NCBI RefSeq assembly: GCF_006345805.1
Contig: NC_043026.1
Span: 372,001 to 436,000 of the forward strand
Reading direction: 5' to 3'
DNA length: 64,000 nt
From: Octopus sinensis
Lineage: Eukaryota
Shown here one piece after another: positions 1 to 14,904 of this stretch. Numbering within the stretch: position 1 is the first letter of the stretch; every line of letters starts with the position of its first letter. Made by a program: the position numbers and the translations under genes. Under the pieces are notes generated by a model. It did not search any database, was not told the origin of the DNA, and saw nothing but the letters and a program-made list of their open reading frames with translations.

Positions 1-375
1 AGAGAGCTTTTCGATGTGAATAAACGCAATCGTGTGAATCTTTGTCAATTCTAACTCGAAAGCTTCAGCGATGAAACTAAAGTTGTTTTGAGGGAGCGTA
101 GACACGATTGATGAAATCGGGGCCCATAACTTTGAGCCAGAATCCAAAAGGTTTAGTATGAAGCGGAAACGACACGAATCACCAGTGGAAACGAAATTCA
201 AGATTCAACCTTCGGCAGAAAAACGTGATGGTAAGCGTTTTGGGGATGCAAAAGGGTCTATATTGCAACATTGTCCCTTAGAAATGTTGGTTAACAAAGG
301 GAAACCAGCAATTCGTAACAAACGCCGATGTCTATTATTGTAAGACAAATCACGCCCATATTCAGCCACCCACAC

Positions 376-376
<1 letters not shown>
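1..376 (+). mobile_element. Mariner relic, duplicate (partial at window edge)
   Basis: Same sequence as 45361-45752. Confidence 0.8.
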
Positions 377-444
<68 letters not shown>

Positions 445-1591
445 GAGATAGATAGATTGATAAAGCAATAGATTGATAGATAGTTAGATTACCTTATAAT
501 AAAGCACCGTTAATTCCTAAGATACATGTAAAAACATGCAGAGTGAAACTGGTGTGAACTGTTCGTGTTATGCTTCGATGTCTGTAACTGTTTGCGTGTT
601 TATTTGTAATGAAATGAAGAAAATTATCTATTAACACATCAACTATCAATGGTTGAAATTAAGAGTGTACACAGGTCAGGACTAGGTTCTTGTTCCATCA
701 TCCACGGTGATTGATTTCAATGATTTCCTATAATGAAAGTCTTCGGTATAGCGACCTCAATTGTTCTGCTTTTATATCTCCACTCACAGAAATACCAACA
801 TCACATCACGCTATCACCAGGTATTAAAACTACAACGTCACTATCACAAACACCGCAACAGCCTTACTGCTAACATCGGAACGACGTCAGTAACCACACA
901 GCCGTATTTTCTGCGATCTTAGTGAAACGCATGTCTCTATTGAAGGCCCTTTTATTCTTCATAGCAATCAAAGGAGACATATTGGAAAATCTGGTTTATT
1001 TTCACTTCTGTGGAGAAACAGTCATATTAGTAAACAGTCTTGAACTGAGTTGATGGTTCTGTCTTTTGCTCATTTATGGACAGTCTATACGGTTTGATTA
1101 TTTATGGACTGGCCTAAGTCTGTAAGTAATACTGATCAGAGAAATTAGGAGAGAAAGCAGTGGCCAGTACTGACAGTTACGAAGTGTTCAGACATCTGAA
1201 GACACAACTGTGGGTAATAGAGGGTAATATTGACGGTAGAAGACAGTAAGGGAAACAGTGAAAAAGTTGTGACATTCACGAACCATCCTAACAAGAAGTC
1301 CTTACAGAACCACCTGAAGTGTGCGCTCTCCGCCCTACCTCACTGAAAGTAAGTGTGCTTTCTATCACATTGCATTTTGTGTGTTCGGGTACGTGTTATG
1401 GCTAAGATATGTTGCAGTTAATATTAGAGTGTGTGTGTGTGTGACAACAGTTGAAATAAGGATGATTCTGCGTGCAAACGCCAATCTTGCGCTCTTCCAA
1501 TGTTTGTATCGAGTAAACGCTCTCTCTCTCTCTCTCTCTCTCTTTCACACACACACACACACTGTTTCCCTCCCCTTCTTCTCTCTCACAG

Positions 1592-1654
<63 letters not shown>

Positions 1655-1682
1655 CGTATGTGTGTATATATATATATATATT

Positions 1683-1716
<34 letters not shown>

Positions 1717-2231
1717 TGTATGTATGTATGTATGTATGTATGTACTTACATACATAAAGACAGACACCAAATATAGCGAAAAGTGCTTTACAGTGTAATC
1801 CGGATAGGTATAGAAAGAAAGGTAGGCCTAAGATCTCATGGCGTAGATCAACACAGAAGGAACTAGAGAAAGGGGGACATTCATAGAAGAGTATAAGTAC
1901 AGAAGTGAAAAATTATGCGACATGGAATTCAACTCTAAGTGGCCTATACTCCGCGTTGGAGGGTTAAAGGCAGGAAAAAAAACATACGTATGGAGCGAGT
2001 GACCAATCAAAGTCATTAATTTCGCATGTTAAACAGATTAATTTCGGTCAGGAGAATTACGAAGGAAAAATGAGAGTGGACATTAAGCTAACAGTGAAGG
2101 AAATACATATTGAATTACCTCGATCTATTTAACTTGAGCCATTTCTTTTTATTATGTGTGTATGTGCGTGCGTGTGTGGTCGTAAGCGTATGTGGTGGTA
2201 TGTGTGTGCTACATGCTCATTTATTTTACAG

Positions 2232-2395
2232 GTGAAACTGGTGATTTATAAAAACCATACAGATGTGGTAACTATAATATTTGATGGACGAAATACAACC
2301 CTTCAAAGCTGGTTCTCTCACGAAAAGTTGAAAAATTCACCGTGGAACAACCTAGCTTCAGCCACCGGAGTTCAATTCTCAATTGAGGGATTTAG
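2232..2395 (+). pseudogene. Orphan exon 3 (open, 164 nt, AG/GT intact)
   Basis: Encodes [54 protein letters not shown]. Not followed by exon 4; intron homology ends at ~5600. Confidence 0.75.
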
Positions 2396-3029
2396 GTATG
2401 CAAATATATTTTTCATCATCTTTTATTTTGTTATGTAGAGACCTATAGTGTTAAAAAAAGTCACTTTGCGTACGCTATAGATAAATTTTAACACTATACA
2501 TTTCGACGCGACACTTTCTGGGGATGAACAACGCATCTCCAGGCTTTCAACATTATATCTTCATTTATTATAATATACAGAATGCAATTTTGAACTAATA
2601 CTGCTTCCGCCCGTAATAATGAAATACATCCTGCCTCTTGACTAACAGCAACGCTGGTGATTTGTTAATCACTGTTTTTCTATACCGAGGCTAAATAGGT
2701 CTGCGCATGCGGTTGTCAATGACTACTTCATATTGATGTTTTGAAAGAAACAGGAATACGTACAGCGGGAAGACCGAAAATGTCTTGAAAGTCATAACGT
2801 GCCGACGGGAAATAATATCACTAGGTGAGACGAGCTGACACTGAATCAGCTTCGCTGACTGACAGGTGACGCTCATTTAGAGAATGCGCGGGCTAAAACT
2901 ACGCACATTCACTAGTCAGTTAAGGTGAGACAGTGTCACGTGACAACTTTCTGCTGCTTCCTGCTGGAGCCTCGGGGTCAGTTATTTAAAGGGAGAATTT
3001 TGACAAGTCTGTCATTCAACGGCTGACAC

Positions 3030-4641
3030 CGGTTTGGAGTGGTTGGTTTTTTGCGAGCTGCTGACTGTTCGTTGAGCGTCGAATTTGTTGTTGTTGTTGA
3101 ACGTTTCGGTTTGAGGTTTTTTTTTATCGTTGTCTGTCTGTGTTGAGACAGACAACGATAAAAAAGGGACTGCCCCTCCCTAACGGGAGAGATGGCAGGA
3201 AGAAATTTGTTTGAAAGTTTGTCGGAATTGTCAACGTCTGAGGAGGAACTAGAAAGAGCAGTGAAAGAATGGATAAGAAGCTTGAAAATACGTATGCAGG
3301 AGTAACGAAGAAGAAGTCGGAAGAAAAGGGGATAGACCTGGTTAAACTGCCAGGTTTCCAGGAATTTATGAAAGACGAAGACGGTGAAGTCGAACTGTCA
3401 CCACCAACAAAGCGTGGGGAGTGGTTCGAACGCAGGACCCTCAAATATAGAATGTAAGATAGTAAGCATGGAAATTATTGAAGAGGGGCTAAAACAGACA
3501 GAGAGGGAAATTGTTTATTTGACAAGAGGAATGGAATACGGTACAGCGACGGTGCAATATAGGAGCGAGAGTGTCGCAAGAAAAATGGCAGCCAAGGCAG
3601 TAAGAACGGAGAAGGTGTACCTACTACCTTTCGTACCTAAACAGGAGAACTACGAGAATTAGGGTGGAGGGAATTATCCCACACCTAGAGGGAGAATATA
3701 TAGCAGCAGCTGTGGTTAAAGGAAATGAAGAAAAGGTAGACATCCTCCATGCCACCATAAAATATGAAGGCTGGAGGGGTGCTACCCTGGACATGAACGT
3801 ACAGGCGGAGATCAAAACGCTAGAAGGATTAACAGAAGATATAAGAATGGGAAACATCATCATGAGAGTGTGGGTGGAGGGCAGGGCCCCGCGCTGTTAT
3901 AAGTGTGGTCAGAGAGGCCACATAAGAGCCAACTGCCCTCCCCCACCAAAGGAAAAGGAAATCGTTGCGGAACCCCAAAAGAGGAAGAAACGAAAGAAGA
4001 AGAGAACCATACAGAAGAAGAGGAGATCCAGCAAGAGTGGGAAGAAGGAAGCAAAAGAAGAAAGAGAAGAAGGAGAAAAGCAAACAGTACGGAACCCCAA
4101 TCCACCCCAAAACCACCCTCACCCTCTCAGTCCCACCCTTCCCCTGCAGACAGTGAACCCACCCACTCCCCACCAACAAGAAAACAGAAAAAAGATACAC
4201 ACAGTCAAGACACTAAAAAAGAACCCAGGCCCAACGTTTTATGTATTGCAGGAAATGAGGAGATAAAAGAGACAATGACGGACTACCAATGGTGTGATGG
4301 GGGAGGGAAAAGTTGTGCAGTAATTCCAAAGGAACAATTAGATGAGTTTATGGAAAGGTGCGAAAGGATGAACTGGGGAATAATTGAAGTGGATATGGAG
4401 GAAGAGATAAAAGAATTGGAAGAGAGATTTGAGAGAAGGATAGAGGTGAAGACATATTTTATTAGGGCTGAGCAAGACTGAAGTACAGGTAAGTGATGCT
4501 AGCGGATGGGGCCGTTAGCACCACTTTCATATATCATTTTCATTGATTCATTTTACCCGTAACTATGTAATTGTGATGTTCTATGTCCCCAATGTTTGTA
4601 GCGTCCCCTCTATGTAGCCCTTAGTGCGTAATAAAAAATCA
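3030..4641 (+). mobile_element. ORF1-only (gag-like, CCHC zinc knuckle) non-LTR-type retroelement, frameshifted
   Basis: ATG at 3192 to stop at 4481 across several frameshifts, with RVWVEGRAPRCYKCGQRGHIRANCP. 3' end AATAAAAAA. Flanked by a ~17-bp direct repeat (3013-3029 / 4642-4658) that is single-copy at empty sites. No RT or endonuclease is visible. Confidence 0.75.
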
Positions 4642-5275
4642 CAGTCACCGGCTGACACTCGCTGACGAAACATCGAAGAGGCCAGGGAACAGATGAAAGA
4701 AGACATGCACACAACACCAGAGCTGAAGACATCCCCGAGAGGGCGGGGGCATCCCGTCACGTCAAAGCGGTAGCGGAGTAGGGGCCGAAACAGAACGTGG
4801 TTCCTCCTGATGATGTCTTGAGCTAATGGATCCTACATAGGAGGTGTTGTGGTATCAGACCACGAAACACGGTTGTAATTCCTCCTAGCAATTCCACCGC
4901 CGCTGAAAAAGGTTATTTCTCTATTGCTAATATATTTCCGTATTTTTAACAACACACTTTTAAATTAAATGTTTTCCCGTGACAAACAGCTCAGTTTCCT
5001 GGATTTCACATCAAGAAGCATGTTTCAAAGTGGGAAACACGAAAATATATTTTCACCTTAATGTGCTCTTTTACTTATTTCAGTCATTTGATTGTGGCCA
5101 AGATGGAGCACTGCCTTTAGTCGAGCAAATCGAACCCAGGATTTATTTATTGTAAGCGTAGTACTTATTCGATCGGGTTCTTTTGCCGAACCGCTAAGTT
5201 ACGGTTGTCAAGGGATGTTGGGGCGACAAACACACACACACACACACACTAACACACACATACACACACACACAT

Positions 5276-5326
<51 letters not shown>

Positions 5327-5971
5327 AACATACACATACACACACACACACACCTTCACAAATATATATATATATACATATATACGACGGGCTTCTTTCA
5401 GTTTCCGTCTACCAAATCCACTCACAAGGCTTTGGTCGGCCCGAGGCTATAGTAGAAGACACTTGCCCAAGGTGCTACGCAGTAGGACTGAACCCGGAAG
5501 CATGTGGTTGGTAAGCAAGCTACTTACCACACAGCCACTTTACCATAATTTTATTTATTTGCATGTGTTGGGTGTAAATATTTTTATGTTCCGCTATATT
5601 AGACCCTGAATCAGTTCAATGCTTCACTCTTGCAACTCCTACGACGACGCTGATAGGAGACTGCAACGTTCCTTGCTGTTCTTTTGGATCCATCAATGAT
5701 GCAGAGAGCAGGGACACACGGCTTGGGTAACAACCTGTCCTCCATGCCACAAGAACCAGGCTTGGGTTAAATCGAACTCTCTGTACTAGAGGGGTAAAAC
5801 CGGACAACACAGCGGAGAGAAAGAACCTAAAAACTCAAACAGCATAGGAACAATATACAAGTGATACTGGCAACTGAGCATAGATCTGTTCAGACCAGAC
5901 GAGGCTTTTCCAGTTGGTAGTAATTCTAGGGCCTTCATTCATGACCATTAATAACAGGGACCACAGAATAT

Positions 5972-6135
5972 AGGCGCAGGCACAGCTGTAAGATTAAGGA
6001 GATCGCTTGGTAATCACATGCTTCCCGGTTCAATCCTACTGAGCGGCTATTTGGGCAAGTGTCTTCTAGTATTGGCCCGGCCAACCAATGCCTAGAGACG
6101 GAATCTGGTAGCCGGAAAGTATGTGGAAGCCCTTT
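5972..6135 (+). mobile_element. Older diverged SINE-B-related head (also ~16382 and ~51315)
   Basis: GGCGCAGGC…CCCGGTTCAATCC…TTGGGCAAGTGTCTTCTA…GGAAGCCC. Confidence 0.6.
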
Positions 6136-6137
6136 GC

Positions 6138-6205
<68 letters not shown>

Positions 6206-6412
6206 CTCTATCTCTCTATCTATCTATCTATCTAACTATCTATCTATCTGTCTGTCTGCTTGCCTGCCTATCTGTCTGCCTGCCTGTCTGTCTATCTATC
6301 TGTCTGTCTGTCTTTCTGTATGTATGTATGTATATATACATACATACATACATATGTATATATATATTTAGCTAGTTAGCTAGCTGTGAGAGACAAGAAG
6401 GGGAGGGAAACA

Positions 6413-6447
<35 letters not shown>

Positions 6448-7477
6448 CGTTTACTCGATACAACAATTGAAAGAGCGCAAGATTGGCGTTTGCATGCGCA
6501 ATCACCCTTATTTCAACTGTTGTCACACACCCACACACTCTAATATTAACTCCAACATATCCTAGCCATAACACATACCCAAACACATAAAATGCAATGT
6601 GATAGAAAGCACACTTACTTTCAGTGAGGTAGGGCGGAGAGCGTATACTTCAGGTGGTTCTGTAAGGACTTCTTGTAAGGATGGTTCGTGAATGTCACAC
6701 CTTTATCACTGTTTCCCTTACTGTCTTCTCCCGTCAATATTACCCTCTATTACCCACAGTTGTGTCTTCAGATGTCTGAACACTTCGTAACCGTCAGTAC
6801 TGGCCACTGCTTTCTCTCCTAATTTCTCTTATCAGTATTACTTACAGACTTAGACCTGTCCATAAATAATCAACCCGTATAGACTGTCCATAAATGAGCA
6901 AAACGCAGAACCATCAACTCAGTTCAAGACTGTTTACTAATTTGACTGTTTATCCACAGAAGTAAAAATACACCAGATTTTCCAATATGTACCCTTTGAA
7001 TGCTAAGAAGAATAAAAGGGCCTTCAATAGAGACATGCGTTTCACTAAGCTCGCAGAAAATACGGCGGTGTGGTTACTGACGTCGTTCCGATGTTAGCAG
7101 TAAGGCTGTTGCGCTGTTTGTGATAGTGACGTTGTAGTTTTAATACCTGGTGATAGCGTGATGTGATGTTGGTGTTTCTGTGAGTGGAGATATAAAAGCA
7201 GAACAATTGTGGTCGCTATACCGAAGACTTTCATTATAGGAAATCATTGAAATCAATCACCGTGGATGATGGAACAAGAACCTAGTCCTGACCTGTGTAC
7301 ACTCTTAATTTCAACCATTGATAGTTGATGTGTTAATAGATAATTTTCTTCATTTCATGACAAATAAACACGCAAACAGTTACAGACATCGAAGCATAAC
7401 ACGAACAGTTCTCACCAGTTTCACTCTGCATGTTTTTACATGTATCTTAGGAATTAACGGTGCTTTGTTATAAGGTA

Positions 7478-7539
<62 letters not shown>

Positions 7540-7640
7540 TGCTTTATCAATCAATCTATCTATCTATCTCTCTATCTATCTATCTATCTATCTATCTATC
7601 AATATATCTATCTATCTATCTATCTATCTATCTACTATCT

Positions 7641-8627
7641 ATGTGTGGGTGGCTGATTATGGGCGTGCATTGTCTTACAACAATAGACATCGGCGTTAGT
7701 TACGAATTGCTGGCTTCCCTTTGTTAACCAACATTTCACTGTAGACCCCTTTTAAGGGACAATGTTGCAATAAAGAACCTTTTGCATCCCCCAAAACGCT
7801 TAGCATTACATTTTTCTGCCGAAGGTTGAATCTTGAATTTCTTTTCCACTGGTGATTCGTTTCGTTTCCGCTTCATACTAAACCTTTTCGATTCTGGCTC
7901 AAAGTTATGTGCCCCGATTTCATCAATCGTGTCTACTCTCACTCAAAACAACTTTAACTTCATCGCTGAAGCGTTCGAGTTAGAATTGACAAAAATCCAC
8001 ACGATTGCGCTAATACACATCGAAAAGCTCTCTTGGCGCCCTTCTCGTACTAACTCCGCAGAACCGAAGCTTGTCGCGGATGCAGAACGATAATAATTTG
8101 CAGAGAATAAGCCATCTCATTAATGGGCAATCGTTGGTTCGCCAGAAGCATTTCTGTAGATTGTTGAATCTCCACGTCACCGGAGACGGTTAATGGGTGT
8201 CCTTATCACTCCCCGTATTTCACGCTTGTCCGGCCATTTAAAACTTCTCGCTATTCTCGTAAATACTTCTACGCAGTAGAGCGCTGTTCCTTAATTGTAT
8301 TGAAAGCCTGCGAAGAATTTCAGCCGCTGACACACATTCAGATTAGAGAAGCAGTTTCACTGATCACTATTTTCCCTTGGTGCACACTTCCAGTAGAGCT
8401 GCCACGTTTGTTCTGTAACACAAGAATGGAAACTGTTGAGAGATCAAAGTGAAACGTCGGTCACGAAATCAGAAGAGTACCACCCTTTAACACGCCACTG
8501 ATGAAGCTAGAGCGACCAACCGAAAGACTGTTTAGGGGAAACGCCGGATATTGTTTCACTTTCCTTTGTATAATTAGTATCATTGTTCTGATCTCTTTGA
8601 TTTGCTGAAAGCCTTCCCCCATATCCT
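7641..8627 (-). mobile_element. Mariner relic, duplicate
   Basis: Reverse complement of 44775-45752. Confidence 0.8.
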
Positions 8628-9215
8628 CTTTCTTTACTACCCACAAGGGGTTAAACACAGAAGGGACAAACAAAGACAGACAAACGGATGAAGTCGATTA
8701 TATCGACCACATTGCGTTACTGGTACTTATTTAATCGACCCCGAAAGGATGAAAAGTAAAGTCGACCTCGGCGGAATTTGAACTCAGAAAGTAGCGCAGA
8801 CGAAATATCTATTTTTTTATTACCCACAAGGGGCTAAACACAGAGGGGACAAACAAGGACAGACAAACGGATTAAGTCGATAATATCGACCCCAGTGCGA
8901 AACTGGTACTTAATTTATCGACCCTGAAAGGATGAAAGACAAAGTGGGACTCGGCGGAATTTGAACTCAGAACGTAGCGCAGACGAAATACCTATTTCTT
9001 TACTACCCACAAGGGGCTAAACACAGAGGGGACAAACAAGGACAGACAAACGGATTAAGTCGATTATATCGACCCAAGTGCGTAATTGATACTTATTTAA
9101 TCGACCCCGAAATGATGAAAGGTAAGGTCGACCGCGGCGGAATTTGAACTCAGAAAGTAGCAGCAAACGAAATACTGCTAAGCATTTCACCCGGCGTGCT
9201 AACGTTTCTGCCAGT
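8628..9215 (-). mobile_element. SINE family A, head + three tandem bodies
   Basis: ~185-bp unit repeated three times. Confidence 0.85.
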
Positions 9216-9994
9216 TTTCTCCAACATCACAGAGATAAAACCGCAGATATCTACACACACGCACAACGCATGCAGGTACGCCTGTGCGCGCATGCACGTG
9301 TATACGCGCACGCTCGCACACACACACATACACACACATCTCTTTTACATATAGTCAGGACAGTCGTGAACTGGAACAACAACAACAGCTCTCAGAAAGA
9401 GAGAAAAAGAATCGCAACTCAAAAGACCGATGTTGGATACAATATTTAGATGGATTCTTTATTAACAGGTAAAACGTGACTTATGTGCATCACCAGTGGT
9501 GGTCAGCTGGATTGGGTGAATGTTAACAACAACAACAGCTGGAATGAGAGAAAGAGAATCACAACTCAAAAGACCGATGTTGGATGGAATATTTGTGTGG
9601 ATTCTTTATTAAAAGGTAAAACGTGACTTATGTGGATCACCAGTGGTGGTCAACTGGATTGGATGGACGTTAACAACATCAATAGTATCAATGGATATCA
9701 AGTGCTGGGTTAGTTCTGCTGCCTCAGGCGGATGAATATGGCCATGGAGTCTGCTAATGCATAACCTGCAAGTAACAAATAACGACATCAACAACAAAAA
9801 GACATTCAAATATATCATGGGAAGCCTTTATACGTGGTCATTCGAATTACTAGAAATAGCAGTCGATTCTCGGTCAGAATGCTTTTTCATAAATCAGCTC
9901 AATCAAGCTTATTGGTTCCTGAACAATAAGTACAAAATTAACATTTAGTACTACTACTCACAGTAAGACACACACCACACACACACACACACAC

Positions 9995-10031
<37 letters not shown>

Positions 10032-10751
10032 GAAGATTCAATATCACTTACTGTTGTTCCATATGACTTTCGATTTTGTATCAGAATAACGAATTGAAGG
10101 GTAGTGATCTGACTTTTCGTACTGACAGTCAAGTGGTCCCTCATTGATGGTCAACCAGCCTCTGTCCCCTTCACAAAAACCATGTAATGTTATATAGAAG
10201 CGACGTACATGTCTAAGGAGAAAAAGAAAAAAAAACTTGTTTGGGTTTCAGAATATGAAAATCTAAACATCTATTAAATAGACTAGTATGTCCGCTACAC
10301 GCAATTGAATTAGTCAGTGTTTAATTAAAAATAGCCATCTGTGTATCATACTAAATGTGTATACACATAAAGTTGTGGGTTTAAACACTCACACACATAA
10401 AAACACATATATGCACTGAAACACGCACACACGCACACACGTACGCGCACACACACACACACATACACACACACACACACATACACACACACACATGCTC
10501 ACACAAACACGCAGAAATGCGCAAATGTCAATACACCAACAAAGGCGAAATTACACACGAGGCAAACACTTTGGTACAAAAATAAATAAATCCACAAACG
10601 GCCACAAATATACGAGCGATAACATTTTCCTGTATTAAACATCTTATCAAAGCGCTAAATAAATATAGAATGAATTCTAGTCAAAATAAATAATATAACG
10701 GAACATAAAAATATCTAAACCCAACGCATACAAATATATATAATTATGGTA

Positions 10752-10942
10752 AAGTGGCTGTGTGGTAAGTAGCTTGCTTACCAACAACATCCTTCCGGGT
10801 TCAGTCCTACTGCGTAGCACCTTGGGCAAGTGTTTTTACTCTAACCTCGGGCCGACAAAAGCCTTGTGAGTGGATTTGGTAGACGGAAACTGAAAGAAGC
10901 CCGTCGTATATATGTATATATATATATATATATGTGTGCGTG

Positions 10943-10998
<56 letters not shown>

Positions 10999-11160
10999 TC
11001 GCCCCAACATCTCTTGACAACCGTAACTTAGCGGTTCGGCAAAAGAGACCGATAGAATAAGTATTAGGCTTGCAAAAAATAAGTCCTGTGTCGATTTGCT
11101 CGACTAAAGGCAGTGCTCCAGCTTGGCCACAGTCAAATGACTGAAACAAGTAAATGAGCA
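10752..11160 (+). mobile_element. tRNA-derived SINE family B with internal (TA)n(TG)n
   Basis: AGTGGCTGTGTGGTAAG (A box), GGGTTCAGTCC (B box), CCTTGGGCAAGTG core and tail …GACTGAAACAAGTAAA. Duplicates at ~5065-5540(-), 42290-42717(-), 50410-50882(-), 55911-56350(+). Confidence 0.85.
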
Positions 11161-11239
11161 CATTAAGGTGTAAATATATTTTCGTGTTTACCACTTTGAA
11201 ACATGCTTCTTGATGTGAAATCCAGGAAACTGAGCTGTT

Positions 11240-11661
11240 TGTCACGGGAAAACATTTAATTTAAAAGTGTGTTGTTAAAAATACGGAAATATATTAGCAA
11301 TAGAGAAATAACCTTTTTCAGCGGCGGTGGAATTGCTAGGAGGAATTACAACCGTGTTTCGCGGTCTGATACCACAACACCTCCTATGTAGGATCCAGTT
11401 AGCTCAAGACATCATCAGGAGGAACCACGTCCGGTTTCGGCCCCTACTCCTCTACCGTTTTGACGTGGCGGGAGCCCCCCGCCCTTTCGGGAATGTCTTC
11501 AGCTCTGGTGTTGGGTGCATGTCTTCTTTCTTCTGTTCCCGGGCTTCTTCGATGTATCGTCAGCGAGTGTCAGCCGGTGACTGACAGACTTGTCAAAATT
11601 CTCCCTTTAAATACCTACCGCGAGGCTCCAGCAGGAAGCAGCAGCAAGTTGTCACGTGACA
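11240..11661 (-). mobile_element. Probable solo LTR (422 bp) in intron 3
   Basis: Termini TGTCACG…CGTGACA, flanks GACAG/AACAG (5-bp TSD with 1 mismatch), TATTTAAA followed ~29 bp later by TCAGTC, and ATTAAA near the 3' end. Other copies: 2934-4984 and 48289-50329 (interrupted), 26605-26691 (truncated), 41875-42208, 56434-56854. Confidence 0.6.
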
Positions 11662-13879
11662 CTGTCTCACCTTAACTGAGTAGTGAAGGCGCGTTGTTTT
11701 AGCCCGCGCATTCTCTAAACGACCGTCACCTGTCAGTCAGCGAAGCTGATTCAGTGTCAGCTCGTCTCACCTAGTAATATTATTTCCCGCCGGCATGTTA
11801 TGACTTTCAAGACATTTTCGGTCTTCCCGCTGTACGTATTCCTGTTTCTTTCAAAACATCAATAGAAAGTAGTCATTGACATCCGCATGCGCAGACCTAT
11901 TTAGCCTCGGTATAGAAAAACAGTGATTAATAAATCACCAGCGTTGCTGTTAGTCAATAGGCAGAATATATTTCATTATTACGGGCGGAAGCAGTATTAT
12001 TTCAAATTTGCATTCTGTATGTTATAATAAATGAAGATATAATGTTGAAAGCCTAGAGATGCGTTGTTCATCCCCAGAAAGTGTCGCGTCGAAATGTATA
12101 GTGTTAAAATTTATCTCTAGCGTACGGAAAGTGACTTTTTTTTAACACTATAGGTCTCTACAAAACAAAATAAAAGAAGATGAAATATATATTAGCATAC
12201 CGATATCACTCAATTGAGAATTGAACTCCGGTGGCTGAAGCTAGGTCGTTCCACGGTGAAGTTTTCAACTTTTCGTGAGAGAACCAGCTTTGAAGGTTTG
12301 TATTTCGTCCATCAAATATTATAGTTACCACATCTGTTTTGTTTTTATAAATCACCAGTTTCACCTGTAAAATAAATGAGCATGTAGCACACACTTACAA
12401 CCATATACGCTTACAACCACACACGCACGCACATACACACATAATAAAAATAAGTGGATCAAGTTAAATAGATCGAGGTAATTCAATACGTATTTCTTTC
12501 ACTGTTAGCTTAATGTCCACTCTCATTTTTACTTCATAATTCTCTTGACCGAAATTAATCTGTTTAACATGCGAAATTGATGACTTTGATTGGTCACTCG
12601 CTCCATACGTATGTTTTTTTTTTCCTGCCTTTAACCCTCCAACGCGGAGTATAGGCCACTTAGTGTTGAATTCCATGTCGCATAATTTTTCACTTCTGTA
12701 CTTATATTCTGCCATGAATGTCCCCCTTTCTCTAGTTCCTTCTGTGTTGATCTACGCCATGAGTTCTTATGCCTACCTTTCTTTCTATATCCATCCGGAT
12801 TACACTGTAAACCACTTTTCACTACATTTGGTGTGTCTTTTATAATTGTGCTACGAATCTACTACCACTTTTTCTTAAATATTTACTCCCTAATCGAAAA
12901 TTTATTTGTTCTTTGCCATAGCTCCATATTGCTTGTGTGTTCGGGTCATCTAATTTTAAGTATACTACGCAAGCATCTGTTGATGAATTATTGTATTTGC
13001 TGATTTGGCGTATCTTGCTATCTCTAAATGAATCATATAATATAATTAATCTCACTTCACTCATATGCTACCATGATACTATCTGGTATATATCACTTAA
13101 CCTTCAATACAGTATGACCTCGGAGTTATCCCAGTTACCTGAGCTACCTTCTAGAAGGATGCTTTAACAAAGGCTAGAAGTCCTTCATTCCCAATGGTTT
13201 AACCGCGTGATCGGGTACTCAGTCCGATTATTTCTATGTCCCCGCGCATGATACATCCTTAATACATTTATTGGATGACCATTGACTCTCAAGAGTACCT
13301 CCGCCCTTTGACGGGTTTTGTTTTTCATCCCGCAGGGTGTCCAATAAACACCCTCCTCACAAAGCAAGCTTGGTGGGGTTGCCGGTTTAGTCGCAGACGG
13401 CCCGACTATGCAACAGGCTGTGCTGGGTTACATGTTACCAGTAGCACTCGAAAGTGACCTGACATATATACATACATACATACATAAATACAAACGTACA
13501 CACATGCATATATTCATACAAACGTAACACATGCATACACACACATATATGTATATATACATGCATACACATATATGCATACACACATACATACATGTAT
13601 GCATATATACATACGTATGTGTATACACATGCACACTAACGCACGCACATGCGCACAAACAAGCAGAAGGAACGCAGCCCTGATAACGGACAGGCTCAAT
13701 GACTTTTGAAAGACGTAACGGAAATTTTAGAAAAAATAAGTAAAGGAGTGGAAATCGAACCGGTGCGTGTGTTAACTAATAAGGCACTAAAAAGAGAATG
13801 ACTCTCCCCAGATACAATAAACTGTGCTTTAACACACAAATTCACATAAAGAATAACCAAATACAAAAACCATATCTAC

Positions 13880-13910
<31 letters not shown>

Positions 13911-13923
13911 GCTAGCTAGCTAG

Positions 13924-13973
<50 letters not shown>

Positions 13974-14092
13974 GTCTGTCTGTCTGTCTATTTATCTATC
14001 TATCTTTTTCAATCTCTCCAACAAGGGAGAGTCTTTCGTTCATGATAAATATTCTTATTACTGCGGTTTGCCGCAGATAAGATTCTTTACAA

Positions 14093-14498
14093 CGGCGAGC
14101 TGGCAGAAACGTTAGCACGCCGGGAGAAATGCTTAGCGGTATTTCGTCTGCGTTACGTTGTGAGTTCAAATTCCGCCGAGGTCGACTTTGCCTTTCATTC
14201 TTTCGGGGTCGATAAATTAAGTACCAGTTACGCACTGGGGTCGATGTAATCGACTTAATACCTATGTCGGTCCTTGTTTGTCCTCTCGGTGTTTAGCCCC
14301 TTGTGGGTAATAAAGAAATACGTATTTCGTCTGTGGTTACGTTCCGAGTTCAAATTTCGCCGAGGTCGACTTTGCCTTTCATCCTTTCGGGGTCAGTAAA
14401 TTAAGTACCAGTTATGCACCGGGGTCAATGTAATCGACTTAATCCGTTTGTCTGTCCTTGTTTGTCCCCTCTGTGTTTAGCCCCTTGTGGGTAGTAAA
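14093..14498 (+). mobile_element. SINE family A, head + two tandem bodies (G1 intron 2)
   Basis: CGGCGAGCTGGCAGAAACGTTAGC start; flanked by ATTC(T/C)TTACAAC TSD. Confidence 0.85.
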
Positions 14499-14904
14499 TG
14501 GGAAAAAAAAGGAAAAAAAAATTCCTTACAACACTACTTCGTCAACCTAATAAATAAATTCTAGAAATCAAATATATTACAAACATAATTGAATTGATCT
14601 AAAAGCCGGTTAATCATTATAACGATTATGAAGACAATGATGTGTTGCGCACTCGCGCGTTTGTGCATGCATAAACATACATACCTCATCAATTGGAAGA
14701 TTGTTCCAGAAATTTAGGAAAGGATGTCGGAAGAAGTTAGGACAAAAGGTACCATTGCATTTGTCCACATTCCAGGTTGAAGGAAGTCCTATATTCAGGA
14801 ATGAATTATAGACTTTCGAACCAGCTCCCTTTGATATGGCATATACTTTGATCCATTTGCTATCTGAAATAATAATTATAACAACAATAGTAATAATAAT
14901 GATG

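Larger units (their letters stand above)
1..13990 (+). repeat. ~14-kb direct segmental duplication, copy 1 (copy 2 at ~45361-59185)
   Basis: Position 1 AGAGAGCTTTTCGATGTGAATAAACG matches 45361 with one mismatch. Module order is the same through to the (CTAT)n tract at ~13880 / ~59065. The duplication may extend left of the window. Confidence 0.9.

Noticed and set aside
490-1520. ~1-kb block present six times as a hidden gene or ncRNA
   Set aside because: No open frame, splice pattern or recognisable motif was found. Its similarity between copies is explained by recent duplication.
3664-4266. 200-aa ORF as a host zinc-finger gene
   Set aside because: It is part of a frameshifted, intronless, TSD-flanked insertion that is absent from paralogous sites.
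5600-5912. Spacer segment (also ~50945-51255) as a LINE 5' UTR or gene fragment
   Set aside because: No diagnostic motif that I can support without a database search.
12206-12208. Rescue of the G1 stop by A-to-I editing (UGA to UGG) or selenocysteine
   Set aside because: All other copies have GGA (Gly), so Trp or Sec would not restore the residue, and there is no supporting evidence. A point mutation or sequencing error is simpler.
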